From Paraspadella gotoi (taxonomy: Eukaryota > Animalia > Chaetognatha), in contig CM119271.1 of NCBI GenBank assembly GCA_051294375.1, positions 7,740,162 through 7,804,161 on the forward strand: DNA of 64,000 bases, written 5' to 3'. This document shows positions 37,710 to 51,073 of this stretch, piece by piece. The notes under the pieces were generated by a model. That model was not told the DNA's origin and made no database searches. It saw nothing but the letters and a program-made list of their open reading frames with translations. Every line of letters begins with the position of its first letter. Within the stretch, counting starts at the first letter, position 1. The position numbers and the translations under genes are program-made.

Positions 37710-40700
37710 GGTAGACGGCGGGGCATTTATTGTCAATCATTCCTCCAACTCGAGAAGCAAAACGGAGAAAATGGCCCCAACCCGGAGATGAGACTACAGC
37801 AGCGAACGGATCGCCAATCAACTGCTATGGGAAACTAGTAAAAAACCTGTTACCTTAGGAAAACGTAATTTGAATACGATTCGTCGTCGCTGATGTACCC
37901 AGAATATACTCGGTGCAGATTTTTTGGCGGAAAATTTCCTAGCTCCAAACACCGAGATGGATTATTATGGACTACAAGATTACTCAACCCATCGCGGCAT
38001 CGACATCATCCGAGTCACTACTCACGTAAACTTCGTTGAACAGAAAAGGCGAAAAGTTTACAAACTGCTGGAGTCTTTCCCTCTCTCTCAAACGCCGACT
38101 TTTGAGTTGAAAGAGCCGAAGCACGGCGTGACCCACTCGATCCCAACTGAAGTCGACCATGCCAATCTCGTGCGCGTTCGACTCGACCCAGAAAAGTTGG
38201 CGGTGGCGAAGAGAGAGTTAGAAAAAATGGTCTCTCTTGGCATAGCGAAACGGGGAAAAGTCAGAATGGTCGTCTCCCCTGCACGTGGTTGGAAAGCCAG
38301 ACGGCGGCTGGCGTTGCTGTGGCGACTACAGGCGCCTGAATGAACAGACAATAGACGACAAATACCCCGTCAAACTACTTACAGACTTCAACGCACAGCT
38401 AGAAGGAAAACGATATTCTCGAAGATTGATTTACTGAAGGGAATCATCCAAATCCCAGTCAGCCCCGAAGATTCAAGAAGACAGCGGTAATAACCCCCTT
38501 TGGGTTATATGTTTTTCCCCGCTGCCTTTCGGACTTAAGAACGCAGGACAAGATTTTCCAGCGTCTTATGGACGAAATTCTTGGAGACATTCCACACACG
38601 TTTGTGTACTTGGACGACATCTTGGTAGCCTCGTCATCACCAGAGGAACACCTCCAGGACTGGAGCGAGTTTTCAAGGCCCTCCGATGCCAATGGCTTGG
38701 TGTGAACACCAAAAAAATGTTCTCGGCCAGGAATCATTGGAGTTCCTCGGATTTCTGGTCGACAAAAACGGAGTTCGTCACTTCCTGACGAGTTCAAACA
38801 CTTCGGGAGACGACGAGACCCCAACCACGTCAAGGAGCTGCAAAGATTTCTTGCATGATTAATTACTATCGTCGTTTCGTGCCCAAGGTTGCTCATCGTA
38901 TGTGCGCCACTATAGAGGCATTGAGTGGAAAAACAAAGGCATTAAGGCTGGACAAAAGACTGTGAACGAGCGCTTTTGAAATCAATCAAAGAAGGTTTGA
39001 TCCAAGCTGCACTCCTTCATCATCCTCGAACGGTGGCCCAGTTATGTATACAACAGATGCATCGGATCATGCGGTTGGAGCCGTCCTTGAGCAACGAGGC
39101 CCAAAGGGTGGGAAACCCTTGGCATTTTTTCGGCAAAAACTAGGCAAAAAACCAAAAACTTTGGCCCCCGTTTGACCGGGAACTGTTTGGTGCCTTCAGG
39201 GCAGTGCGACATTTTCGGTCACTGGGTAGAGGGCCGCAGTTTCCACCATATATACCGATCACAGAGCTTCGTCCCGGCAATCAAAAAGAAAACGGACCAC
39301 AAACTGCTCGCCAAGCTTATCAACTGTCAGTGATAGCCGAGTTCAACTACTGACATCAGGTATTTGAAGGTAAGGCCAATGTAGTAGCGGACGCACTCTC
39401 GCGCCCAACACCTCGTCAACAGTTGCAGCAGCCTCACAGCAGCAGAGGACATCAAAAATGAATCGAGGTATCGATGATCAACTCGACCCACTCAACTCAA
39501 CTTCATTCGGTCGACGAGCCAGTCACCCAGCCGACGAGCAACTCGAAGCCGAGAATGGAGAAGCCGATCAAAGAAAAAAAATTCGGCCTCGAGGACGTCA
39601 GGGCGGTCATCGCTCAATCACACTTCGAAATCGACTTCGAGCAAATGGCAGGGGACAAGCCTAGACCCTGATTTCCAGCGATCGCCCGAGGACTCACGAT
39701 CGGGATTAACATTCCGGAAAATCCAAGTCGGCGATCAACAACTCTTGGCGGATGTATCAAATGGCCCAGCACGACCATTTGTCCCCGCAGCGTGGCGCCG
39801 TAAAATTTTCGAAGTCATTCACGGCCTCGGACATCCCGGAGTAGAGCAATCGAAAGGCAATCACATCGAAAATTTGTTTGGACCAACATGAAACAAGACG
39901 TGAGCAAATGGGCAGAGATTGCATTGACTGTCAGAGAGCAAAGGTCACAAGACATGTCGTGCCAGAGATAAGGCGATTTAAAATACCTCCCGTAGATTTC
40001 CACACATAAATTTAGATCTCGTCAAAATGCCCAACTCAACGGTTTCACTTATCTTCTCACAATGGTGATCGCTTTTCGAGATGGCCAGCTGCGATCCCCA
40101 TCAAGGATAACTGACATCGACAATTATCGACGCCTTGAGTCATAACTGGATAAGCATTTCGGACGCTGCCGTCATCCCCACTGATCGAGGAGCTCAGTTT
40201 TAATTCGGCCTCTGGCGAGAATTGACAAGACAAAATGGGGGATTAACATCAGATGACTACAGCATTCATCCCCAGGCCAACGGCCTGGTGGAAAGATTTC
40301 ATCGGGAGATTGAAAGAGTCTCTAAGGGCGTTGGGCAAAAGAAGAAAAGGAGAATAAATGGTTTTGGAAATTACCCCTGACCTTCTCGCAATTCGTACGA
40401 CAATCAAGGAGGATATCGGTGCCTCAGCCGCCCGACCTCGTCTTCGGAGAAGGAATTAGCATACCTGGGAGCATGCTCGGCGACTGCCAAATCGACGATG
40501 CAGATCTGCAACGTCAACGACGGATTCAATTAGCGAAGCTCCGAATCGAAGTCGCCCGCTTCAACCGACGCCAACCTCCGCGCATCAGCAACCGTCGATA
40601 CATCTTCCAGCCACTTAGATCGGCACAATACGCTTCGTGGCGACGAGCTGGCGTACAGCCGCTTTGATTCCTCCATATGAAAGGCCCATATGAGTTATCA

Positions 40701-40790
40701 ATCGAAACGGTCTGAACATGACAGTCGAAATTCCAGCACTGGCAGAGAGACAATCAATATCGCCCGTGTCAAAGCCTGCATGGATTTAGC
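37710..40790 (+). mobile_element. pol: Ty3/gypsy retrotransposon pol (protease, RT, RNase H, integrase), CsRn1/Kabuki-like, heavily frameshifted; intronic
   Basis: VDGGA and TAANGSPINCYG (protease); SPLHVV..DGGWRCCGDYRRLN and YLDD at 38607-38618 (RT); TDASDHAVGAVLEQ, DRE and YTDH (RNase H); HGLGHPG, TDRGAQF, HPQANGLVERFHR and GPY (integrase). No gag or LTRs seen. Confidence 0.9.
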
Positions 40791-41924
40791 GACGAAGTGT
40801 TGAGAATCGATGATCAGATTCTACGCCCAAGACGTCGCCAGCCGCCAAACCTGGGCTCCGAACTCGAACGCCAGCACCAACAACGAGAGAAACGAGATCT
40901 ATGACTCGACGTGCCGCTTCGCGTCCTCCTCCTCCTCCTCCTCCTCTTTCCCCCTCCTTTCGCCAACACCCCCCCACCTTCCCCTAACCCACCCCATCAC
41001 CTTTATGTTGTTTCTCCAACTTTCCTCTTCTCCCGAGTTCTCCGTTCCGCCATCTCCAACCTCAGAAAATAAAGCAAATAACAACAACAACAACTCCGAG
41101 GAGAAAGAAATGAGCCAACGGTGGAGGTTCTCGAAGTCAACGGCAGAGAACAACAACAACAACAACACAAACAACAACAACAACAACAACAACAACCGTT
41201 CCTACTTATGCAGCCTGGTAAAGGAGATACTTCGCCGAAACAAAAAGGAAAACGAGAATAACAACAACAAAAATTGTAAATCCCGCTATCGACCTAGTCC
41301 AGAGCCGGAGCAGTTTCCCCCTCTTCTTCCTACGTCGACGATACATTTTACCCCTATTTGTAATTTTTTTTCTCTATTATTGCGTAGTTTTTGAATTTTT
41401 AAACTTTTTCATATTTTTGGAGTCAGTAGTCAGTCTATTCATGATTTGATATATACTTGTATATATAATATGAGAGAAAGTATTTTGTTATCACACATAC
41501 AGCATTCGATGGACTACAAACATATTATTGAATTATATTAACCTATATATTTCAACAGGGGGCATGCGGCCATCTTTGGACTATTGTATCATTTAATAGA
41601 CTTTTGTTTTTCATTAAAAGCAAATCACAAGATGTCTCATCTGATTTAACTTTTGTTTCATATTGCTTTCTTTAACTCTTTGTTTACTGAAATTATTCCA
41701 GTCCTTGATTTATAAAAAAACTGTCATTAGGAAAAATTTGATTACCCTTTTTTGTGTAGCCAAAGGTCCGGAAACGTACCGGGACATCTCATCTTGTGCA
41801 CTCCATTGCCGAGTAAGATCGATGTAAAAGGAACCGTGTTCAGGAAGTAAGAAAGAGAGATGGGAGAGAAGAGAGAAAAAACCAAGAAATATGAAGAAAG
41901 AGAGAAAAAAGAAGAAAAGGAGAA

Positions 41925-41966
<42 letters not shown>

Positions 41967-42214
41967 GACAAGGGTTTTTCTTCCTTCTTGTTTGCGAGGG
42001 ATTGTCCTCGGCAAAGGGGGGGGGGCGTTAAGGGAGGAGAGAAAGAAAGAGAAGAGAGATGACGATTGAAGGAAGAAAAAAAAAAGAGGAATGATTCTTT
42101 GCTTCTGCTTCAGTTTTTTTCTTCCTCTCATTTTCTCTCATATTAAAAAAAAAAGATTTCTCATTTTTTTTCCCTTTCTTTTCTTTTTTTTTTATACTAG
42201 GGATCTTTCTTTCC

Positions 42215-42246
<32 letters not shown>

Positions 42247-43784
42247 TTCTTTCTTTTACTTTTTTTTCCCCCGTTTCCTCCACGCCTTTTTCTTGTTCGC
42301 GACTTTTTTTTTTCTTTCAGAGTTTTCTTCCTTTTTTTCTTTTCAGTTTCCTCCTTTCCTTTTTTTCCTAGATTTTCGATATCATATTCCTATTCTTGGT
42401 TTCCCTCGTCCGCTCCTTCTCCACTCTCTCTCTTCTCCTTACTCTCTCCTTCTCTTTCTCCCCCATTTCTCCTCCCCATTCTCTCCTTCTGGATCTCCTC
42501 GCCTTTTCCCTCTCCCCTTTCTCCTCCCTCCTTTCTTTCTCTTTTTCCTCTCACTTAGTCTCCTCCTCCGCTTCCTCCCTCTCTCCCTTCATTCTCTTCC
42601 ACTGCCCCTTCTCCTTCCTCCCACTCTCCATCTCCCCTTATTTTCCTCTTTTCTCTCCTCTCTCATTTCCTACCCTTCATTATCTTCTTCCGCTCCCTCT
42701 CTCCATCTCTCTCCCCCCTCTTCTTCACTCCACTCTTCTCGCCCCTCTTCCCCCCTCCCACTCCTTCCCCCTGTTTTTCCTCCTATTTTAACATCCCCTC
42801 GTTTTTTTTTCTCCTGATTTAAGACGAATAATTTTGCATGAAGCGGAGATAGAAGGAGTAGGAGGAGGAGAAGTAGGAGGAGAAGGGGAGGAAGTAAAGG
42901 ATGAAAAAAAAAGGCGCGTGGATTAAATTACAGTTCTCGACCACCCCTCCCTCGTCCCGAGTCGCCGAAAGCGGTCACGGACTCACGATCCCCCACCCCA
43001 TGAACCCCCAGCCGTTTCCCGACCCGTGTCGCCGCTCCTCATCACCCAACCCCAGTCGTCAACATCTCAAGCCCTCGGCCCGTCTGAACGAGTAGTCCCC
43101 AACCCCTGGTCGACGTCCCTCAGCCATTCAGCCAGCCCAAGACTCACCACTCCCAGCCACTCACAGCAAACAACCTTCACTCCTTCTTCCACCCTCCTCT
43201 TCCTCCTCCTCCCTTTTTCTTCCAATTTTAAAATCTCTCCTCACGAGGAGGAGGAGGAAAAGGGAGGAGGAGGTTCCAGGATACCAATCTTTTTCTTCTT
43301 TTTTTCTTTCTTTTCTTTTTTTTTTTTCGGCAGATGGTCGCTCTTTGGCGAATGATGATCGCATCCCTCGTTGGTGATCGTGTCTCGTTAAATAATGATT
43401 AATCAATCAAGAGTTTTGGGATGAAGTATAAATATGTTAATGAATGAATGAAGGAATGAAAGAACCGATGAATGAATTTATGAATGATATAATAAATGNN
43501 NNNNNNNNNNNNNNNNNNNNNNNATGAAAGAAAAAATGAATGAATGAATTGAATGCGGGCGTCAAGGAGAGAATGAATAAAGTAAAAATATCAATGAAAA
43601 CAACCTTTATGAATAAAGAAAATACGTGAATAATAGAGCACGAATAAAGAATGAATCAATGAAAACATCAATGATTAAAAGAGCGAATGATAAAGAATGA
43701 ACACACGAATGACTAGAAAGATGAGTGCATGAATAAATAAACGCCCCTCCTCGCCCATCTCCTCCAACACTCCCACGCCCACAG

Positions 43785-44169
43785 ATTCGACATCATGTCC
43801 ACTCGCTCGCTCCGTCGCGCTCAACTCCCTCTACGCGCCGCCGTCGGCTTCCATCGCCCGCGCCGACGCCTCGACCCTACCCAACCTCCGCCGGGAAGAG
43901 GAAACCACTCCTCGAGCGCCTCGTCGGCGCCCGTCAACTCCTCGGAGACGTCGCCCTTCCCTCCCTTCGATAGCAACTCGGTCTGCCGGCGCCACGACGT
44001 CACCGGGGCCGCTTACTCGGCGCCGCGCGGCGCGTTGTCGGTCCGCTTCCGGTGCGACCCGCCGCTCGTGGGTCACGTGATCAGTCTCTCGGCGCCGACG
44101 AGGAAGGGAGAGAGGAAGAGGTTGGAAGTGTGCGAGGTGGAGGCGTATGGAAAGACTGTGGCGGAATAA
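43785..44169 (+). CDS. Terminal exon of the EGF + F-type lectin gene
   Basis: Acceptor cccacag|, then VC..FRCDPPLVGHVISL..LEVCEVEAYG and a stop, a typical FTP C-terminus. Confidence 0.8.
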
Positions 44170-46158
44170 TCGAGGGAGAGATGAGAGAGGGAAAGATGGG
44201 TCGGAAGGGGGGTGAAAGAAGGGAGGAGGAGAGGAGGAGGAGGAGGAGGAGGAGGAGGAGGAGGAGGAGGAGGATGACAAAGTAGAAGACAAAGGGGGAA
44301 GATCCTTTTGAACGTCGAAAGGCACGAAAAGTTTCGACTTCTTGTTTCGTTTATGTTTCTTTTTTATCGCATCAATTTTATAATAACTATCGAATCTTCT
44401 GCATTTTTTTAATTTGTTCACAATTAAACAACGTTCGTCTCTAACGATGCGCTTTTTAGGTTGGATAACGTGATGCGAATTAGTTTCACGTTTCTAACTT
44501 CATGAGTATGAACAGAAAAAAAAAAAAAAAAAAAAAACCCGAAACGCCCCCCCAATTTTTTTTTTGTCACGGTTTACGTTACAAACCACTGTGGGGAAAT
44601 AAGAGAAGAATCGAGATTCGTTTCACGAAAACTAAACTTTCTTTTTTTTTCCGCGAAGATTGAACGAGTCGTAAAAACAAAAGGGACGCCCCCAACTCCT
44701 TCTCTCACCCCCTCTACCGTCCGTTCATCAAACCCCCCAGCCCTCAGTCGCGCCCTCTTTGACGGAGAGATGTTTTCAGGAAATAAATAATCTACGGTTC
44801 ATGTTGTCGGATTTTCCATTCGCTATTTTGTTTCGTTCAACCGACGGAGAGCGAGAACGAGGCCGCGCGCGACCGTAGAGACATCTCGCTTGAAAAGGGG
44901 AGAGTGACGAGAAACTTGAATACATTTTACAATTTCTTAGGAGGCGATAACATTGAGTAAAAAAGTGGGCCGAGAAAACTTCAGTCTTCCCCTTAAAAAA
45001 AAGATAATATTGATCTGATTTTAGGTCACAACCCGAGACGATTATTATACTAACGCCCTCTTACGAACTCACCATTCCTCTGGGAATCGAATAGAGGTCG
45101 CTTTCCAATCGCGACGACGATAACGACGACGACGACGACGAAGAATCAGTTCGTTTGAGAATGACACCTCGAACGTTCGTCTGCAATTTATAGATAAAAA
45201 AAATTAAGAACAATTATTTTCAGGTTATTTTTTTTTACCGTTAATATTGCTTCACTTTGCAAAGAAAAAAAAAAGGTAAGAATAATCGAACTGGAGAGAG
45301 AAAAATTTAAAACTTAAAAAGTCCATTAGCGACTTTTCTTTTTCTCTCTCTCGGTTTCTCTTTCTTTTCTTTTACTATTTTACTTTTCAAAATATTTTTT
45401 TTTAAAATTGATACTCGCAAGCAGTAAACTAATGCGGACCGTTGGCGAACGACTGGTTGGATGTTTACTCTCTCTCTCTTCTTCTCTCTCTCTCTCTCTT
45501 CCCTCTCTCTCTCTCCTCTCTCTTCCTCTCTCTCTCCCGCACTCCCACCACTCTCATCTCATTTCAATGCCATTAAACTACTGTATAGTTCATTTTCTTA
45601 AGAACAAATAGACAATTCCATCCCGAAAAACTCGCTAATTGGAAGTTTTGGGTTTCGTGTCGTCAAAGAGTATATGATTCCCTGGAGATGAGAGGAGAGA
45701 AAGGAAGAAGAGAAAAAGAGGAAGGGAAGGGGTGGAAATGACAGGGCTGAAGGGGGCAGGAGGGGGGGGTAGGGTAGTAGGAGAAGGGGGTTGGGGGGGT
45801 GTGCGGGGATCTAGTGTAGTATAGAGGGTAACCAAGGAATTCTCTGTGAAAAAAAACTATCATGAAAAATTTATGATAAATTAAAATCAATTAATAAAAA
45901 ATAGAATGAATCTATTGAATCAATTAATATAGAGAAACGAATGATTGAATCAATCCGATGAATCCAGCGAATGAATGATATGATGAATCAATCAGGGGCA
46001 ACAACTCTCAAGAAGATAAGAAGCAGGAAAGCGAATAAGAAAAGAAGAGATACGAAAAAAATTGACAATGAGGAAAAAGAAGGAACAAAAAGAATAGAGA
46101 TGTATGTACATAAACAGAGTCTCAACACCAAGACAGTTAAAAAAAAAAGGAACATGAA

Positions 46159-46194
<36 letters not shown>

Positions 46195-47998
46195 CGAGAG
46201 GAAAAAATAATTTTTTCGTGTCATCTGAAAAAGACAATAACGGAGAGGTTGGGCGATGTGGAGAGTTGAGGGGCTTCATAGGTAGAAATTGAGAATGAAG
46301 ATGTCCCACTGAACAGACGAGAAACACAATTACAAAGCTATTGTTGAGCCAGGTGTAAGGCCTAGTAAAAATCTTCTAAAATTTAACTTTTAATTTAAAG
46401 AATTCTAAAAGTGACGGGAAACGAACAACATTATACGTAAGTGAACATTTATCGTATTAATACACAAAAACATTATAATAAATTTTACAATTTTTTTTAC
46501 GCACGAGTAGGCCATAATTTATACTAGTACAATCCAATATAAATGGTTAAAATTTTCACAAAACAGTTTTTTTTCCTTAAGGATTTTTTTTGCAGATTTG
46601 ATTTCCGTCATAAAAAATTTGATATAAAAAGAAATATAACTCTTTTTGAAAAAATTTCCCTTCATTAAGTGGTCAAAACAAACAAAAAAATTAGAAAAAG
46701 TATATTATTTTTTTAAGCCTGAAAATTAACTTTTTATACTATTAATATAGTTTTTGTGTAATAATTAACTCACTTAATGAAATAATTTTTAAAAAAATAA
46801 ATTTATATTTCTTTTAATCAATTTTGACGCAGGAATTCAACACTGCAATCAAAAATTAAGACAAAAAGGCCCTATTTATCTTACCTGAACACAAAATTTT
46901 CTCGATCCAGATTTATAAGGGAGATAGTACTATACTATAAATATAAGCCCTACTGCGAAAATTAAAAAAACATAATAAAATTATTTTTTTTTTACCAAAA
47001 ATTAATGTTTTCACTGATGGATAATATATGTTGTTTTTTCATAATTGATCCTTTAGAATTTTCGTACGTAACCTTTTTCACTACGCCTTGTGAGCAGTAT
47101 GAGCAGAGCAGAAGAGAAGGAGAGAGAGGAGAGAGCGAGAGAGAGGAAGAAGAGATAGGAGAAGAAAGACGAGAGATGAGGAAGAGAGAGACGAGACAGT
47201 AGAGAGGATTAGGATGACGACAGAAACGAAGAGATAGACAGAGAGACCGAGAGAGAAGATCTGAAGCCATCAGTGATTTTCTGCTTTCATAAAACCTCCT
47301 AGGTTCGTTAGGTGAGGGGAAACCGCACCGGTCACAAGCTCTTCCGAAGCGAGACCCACAGCACAAACAGACAGTACCGCAACCACCGATTTAAAGTCTT
47401 TCTTAAGCCAGGACATGCGTGTCAATTGCGAGAAATCGTCTGGCACGCAAAAGCAACTCGCGAGACGAGAAACGAGCAAATTTTACTTTGTTAAACAACG
47501 CAGCGGAGTGATGTTGTGAGTTTCTCGAGTCCACAGTGTCTTTTTTAATGAGAGCCGGTGCCAGTAAAGGAAAAAAAACTTTCCAGAGAACCAATTAGTA
47601 TTTCATTAAATCGTCTTCAATTAATTTGTATTGTAATGAAATTAACCGCGCTTAATTTTTTGCTAGAATTTTAGGCTTTATAATGAATATCGCATTGAGA
47701 AAATACAGAGCATTGTATACGGATATTTCAGATTTTTTTTTGAACGGTAATACTAATAATTCCGTTTCTATATTAAAACTCGTTATTTGTAAACAATAAA
47801 ATTTCTTTACCGTTCTCATTTCAAATGAAACAATCTGTTTTAATTAAGGCTCACAGTTAGAACTTCTCATGAATGATGTTGTCTCTATCTATCAACTGTC
47901 ATAACAATGAAACAAAAAAGGTTTAAAAAACTTGTATATTTACTACAATTCTCAGCAAGAAATTAATCAAAGAAAGGGTGTACATGTATATTTAATAC

Positions 47999-48455
47999 AA
48001 AATAAAATGTCACCTAACAATAAATCACAGCAAGGTATTATTCATTAAAAGTGTCGGAATCTAGAAATATGGCAGAAATCTTTGCATTATATTTAAATTT
48101 AATTTTAATAAAAATAAAATGTCACCTAACTATAAATCACAGCAAGGAACTATTCATTAAATGTGTAGGATTCCTGAGACCTAGCCACAATCTTTGCATT
48201 ATATTTAATACAAAATAAAATATCACCTAACTATAAATCACAGCAAGGAACTATTCATTAAATGTGTAGGAGTCCAGAAATATGGCAGCAAACTTTGCAT
48301 TTTATCATCGCAGGAGTATCAAGCCACCAAAAGCAAATCGGATCGGAGGCAAAAAACAAAATGTTACCTAACTAAAGTAAATATATATCACCGCAAGGAA
48401 TTATTAATCGGATTCAGGAAATATGGCTGAAATCTTTGCCCCTTGCATTATTTTA
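47999..48455. repeat. Degenerate tandem repeat (unit about 100-140 bp, 4 copies) overlapping the protease gene's stop codon
   Basis: Units with aaaatgtcacctaac..aaatcacagcaagg..attcattaa..aaatatggc.gaaatctttgc start near 47999, 48111, 48212 and 48355. Confidence 0.85.
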
Positions 48456-50504
48456 AAATGGCGAGCTTTAAACTCCCCTCCGCTAGGTTCCGGAAACCCG
48501 CACAAAAATATGCCGACGATGTCACCTCCCGGCAGTTGAGGCGACACCACTGCCGATCCGGAGCAGCCCCAAGCCATTCCGCATTTGTGCATGAGAAAGC
48601 GCTTGGGGTACAATAGCCTGCGCAGTTGTTGTGCCAAAACTTCCGTGGCCTTCGAATCGGAATCGGAGTTTTTTTTAGCGCTTTTGACGATTTGTTCGAT
48701 TAGATATTTCGCGTCATCCTCGTCGAGCTGATTATTGCAAGGCTCCCGCACCAAGCTAACCTGAGTGTTGGAATGCTTGAGCAAGGCGCTCAAATCTTCC
48801 GTCGAAAAATTTCTCAGCTCTTCGGGCAACACCGTTTCGCGCGAATCGATGATTAACTGCGCAACGTGTTTACAAGTTTTCGCGTCGTAAGAGGATTTGA
48901 ACCAACGCAGCTTCTCCACACTACCTATCGAGGTTTTGGGAAACCCTACGGCGAACAAATTCTTAAAACAACGCCAAAATTCTTCAGAGCGATTTAATTG
49001 CATCGGGGTAGCGAGAATATCGGTAGAAATAGTGATATCGGGCAATGGAACCACACGCAACAGAGCATGATCAGTTTTGTCGACGTCACCAAATCGAATG
49101 AGCGCGGGTTCCGGGAAGCAATGGGTTGGCTTTGGTGTGCGATTTATCCCACAGTTGAAGCACACTTGGGCCTTTTTAATGTCTAGTTTTCTCCACACAT
49201 GATAGGCAGTGAGAATGATGCCTGTTTTAGAATGTGTGTCGTAAGACACTAGGGTCGCGTTCCCTTGCAATTGCATCGGAGTTCCTTTGGTTGCTTCGTT
49301 GACGATGCATGCTTTGGAGGGCGATGACAAATACTTAAAAATGAGGCTCATATCAATACAATCCCCGCCCTGTCCGTCATCTTCGTTTCTCATGTCAAAG
49401 ATAGGTCGACTGACCATTTCAGAGGTAGGCGTCTCAACCTGGTTGCTGCTCGATTCAGCCCCTTGAGTGCCGATCGGAGAATGGTTATTTTCTTCAGCCT
49501 GATCCAAGCTGACAATGCTGCACCTTGCTCCATTGTCGAAGCTATTGAAACCGCTGCTGGCGCTGCTGCTGAGTTTCGCTCGTTTCTGCTTGGGTTGTCC
49601 ATCGTTGACGGAATCCTCGTTCAAAGAATTTCCAAATCCAGAGTCTTGGCTGATCGAGGAATTCAAGACTTTAGGATTTTCTTCGTCGTCCTCGTCGTCT
49701 TCTCCCCCGGCGAAATCCTGCGAATTTCCGAACGCGTCGCCATAACACCCTGTGTTGTTACAAAGCTCTTCAAATGACTTTTTCTCCGCAGTGTCGAAAG
49801 TGTTCTCAATCTCCTTTGTCGACAAATCATATGGGCCCTTGGACCATTTCGCTATGACACCTTTCAAATACTTTTTCAGAACCTTGTTTTTTTCTACAGC
49901 GTATGCTAATGTTTTAGCCAGAAGAACGGCGTGAGTTTTGACCATCGATTCATTTTCGAAGCAACTCACGCTCACAAAAAGATTTGGCGGGTCAATCTCG
50001 ATAAGTGTCTCCACGCCCCCTACGAATCCGCTGGCGCCATTTTGCGTCGCTTTAACCGACCCCGCTTCGCAGAATTCGAAAAGCGGTAAGGGCAGCCAAG
50101 GAGATAAGACGTGAACATCCTTACCAACCGAGGTAAGTTCGTACTTTGCAGTAAGGTTGAAACGATTTTCCATCGGGAGTTGAGGCAATTTCACATAGGG
50201 CAGTCGAAGAGATAACAGCGGGCAGTAGAACCACTCTCTCAATTTCTCGTCTAGAATTTGCTTGGCTTTTTCAGGGGGCGTCGTGGGGAATAAGAGCCGT
50301 TGCATCCTCAGTTGGTAAATCGCTTCGTCAAAACTGGATCGAGTCTCGTGATAGCGGAGTTTTCGAAGGAAACGCGCCGGGGCGAAGCCAGTAGCGATGA
50401 TTTCCGCCAAAGAATTAACTTTCTCAGCGTCCAGAATCCAAGTGTTCTTTACATGTTCCACAATTTCACTGAAGTCGGACGGCAGCTTCCCAAGAGTCGT
50501 AATT
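48404..50504 (-). CDS. Paralog A: COR-like region, acidic linker and trypsin-like serine protease; 5' end in gap
   Basis: Uninterrupted ORF of about 700 codons, open up to the gap (the GTG at 50461 is not the true start). Triad motifs ILTAYHV, TDHALL and GCSGSAVV. Confidence 0.85.
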
Positions 50505-51073
50505 NNNNNNNNNNNNNNNNNNNNNNNNNNNNNNNNNNNNNNNNNNNNNNNNNNNNNNNNNNNNNNNNNNNNNNNNNNNNNNNNNNNNNNNNNNNNNNNN
50601 NNNNGTTAAACACGCAGAGTGAGATTTTTCGAGTCACAGTGTCTTTTTAGAGAAACTCTCGATAATTAAGCGGGTTTCCCTTTGAAAAATGTACTTAGAA
50701 TAAGCCACGTTTAAAACTTTTTGAAAGCTTTTTTAACCTTAGCTCTTAACGTATTCCAATTAAAAATTGCTGGTAGGATTTTACAATTGCGTGTTTGCAA
50801 ATCAACTCGTAATTTTTTAACTATCGTTGTTTTACTGCAGCTTACTCATTTAGGTAGGTAACTATTCAAAAGATTAATAAATAGTCTTTGAACAAATTTA
50901 TTTCGTATTGAATAACAAACGGGAGAAAACAGTAAAATTAATCTTAAGAAAAATCACAGCAAAACACTCCTTAAAAGCCTATGATTCAAATTGACTAATG
51001 ATATCATCAAAAACAAATATTTAGAAAATATTTTATTTTTATGGTTAAAGAGCTAAAAAAATGAACCGAACGT

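Noticed and set aside
40790-41570. Extra ORF, PPT or 3' LTR of the second gypsy element
   Set aside because: The sequence is low-complexity. The G-run near 41558 is not followed by a recognisable TG..CA LTR, and no matching 5' LTR is visible.
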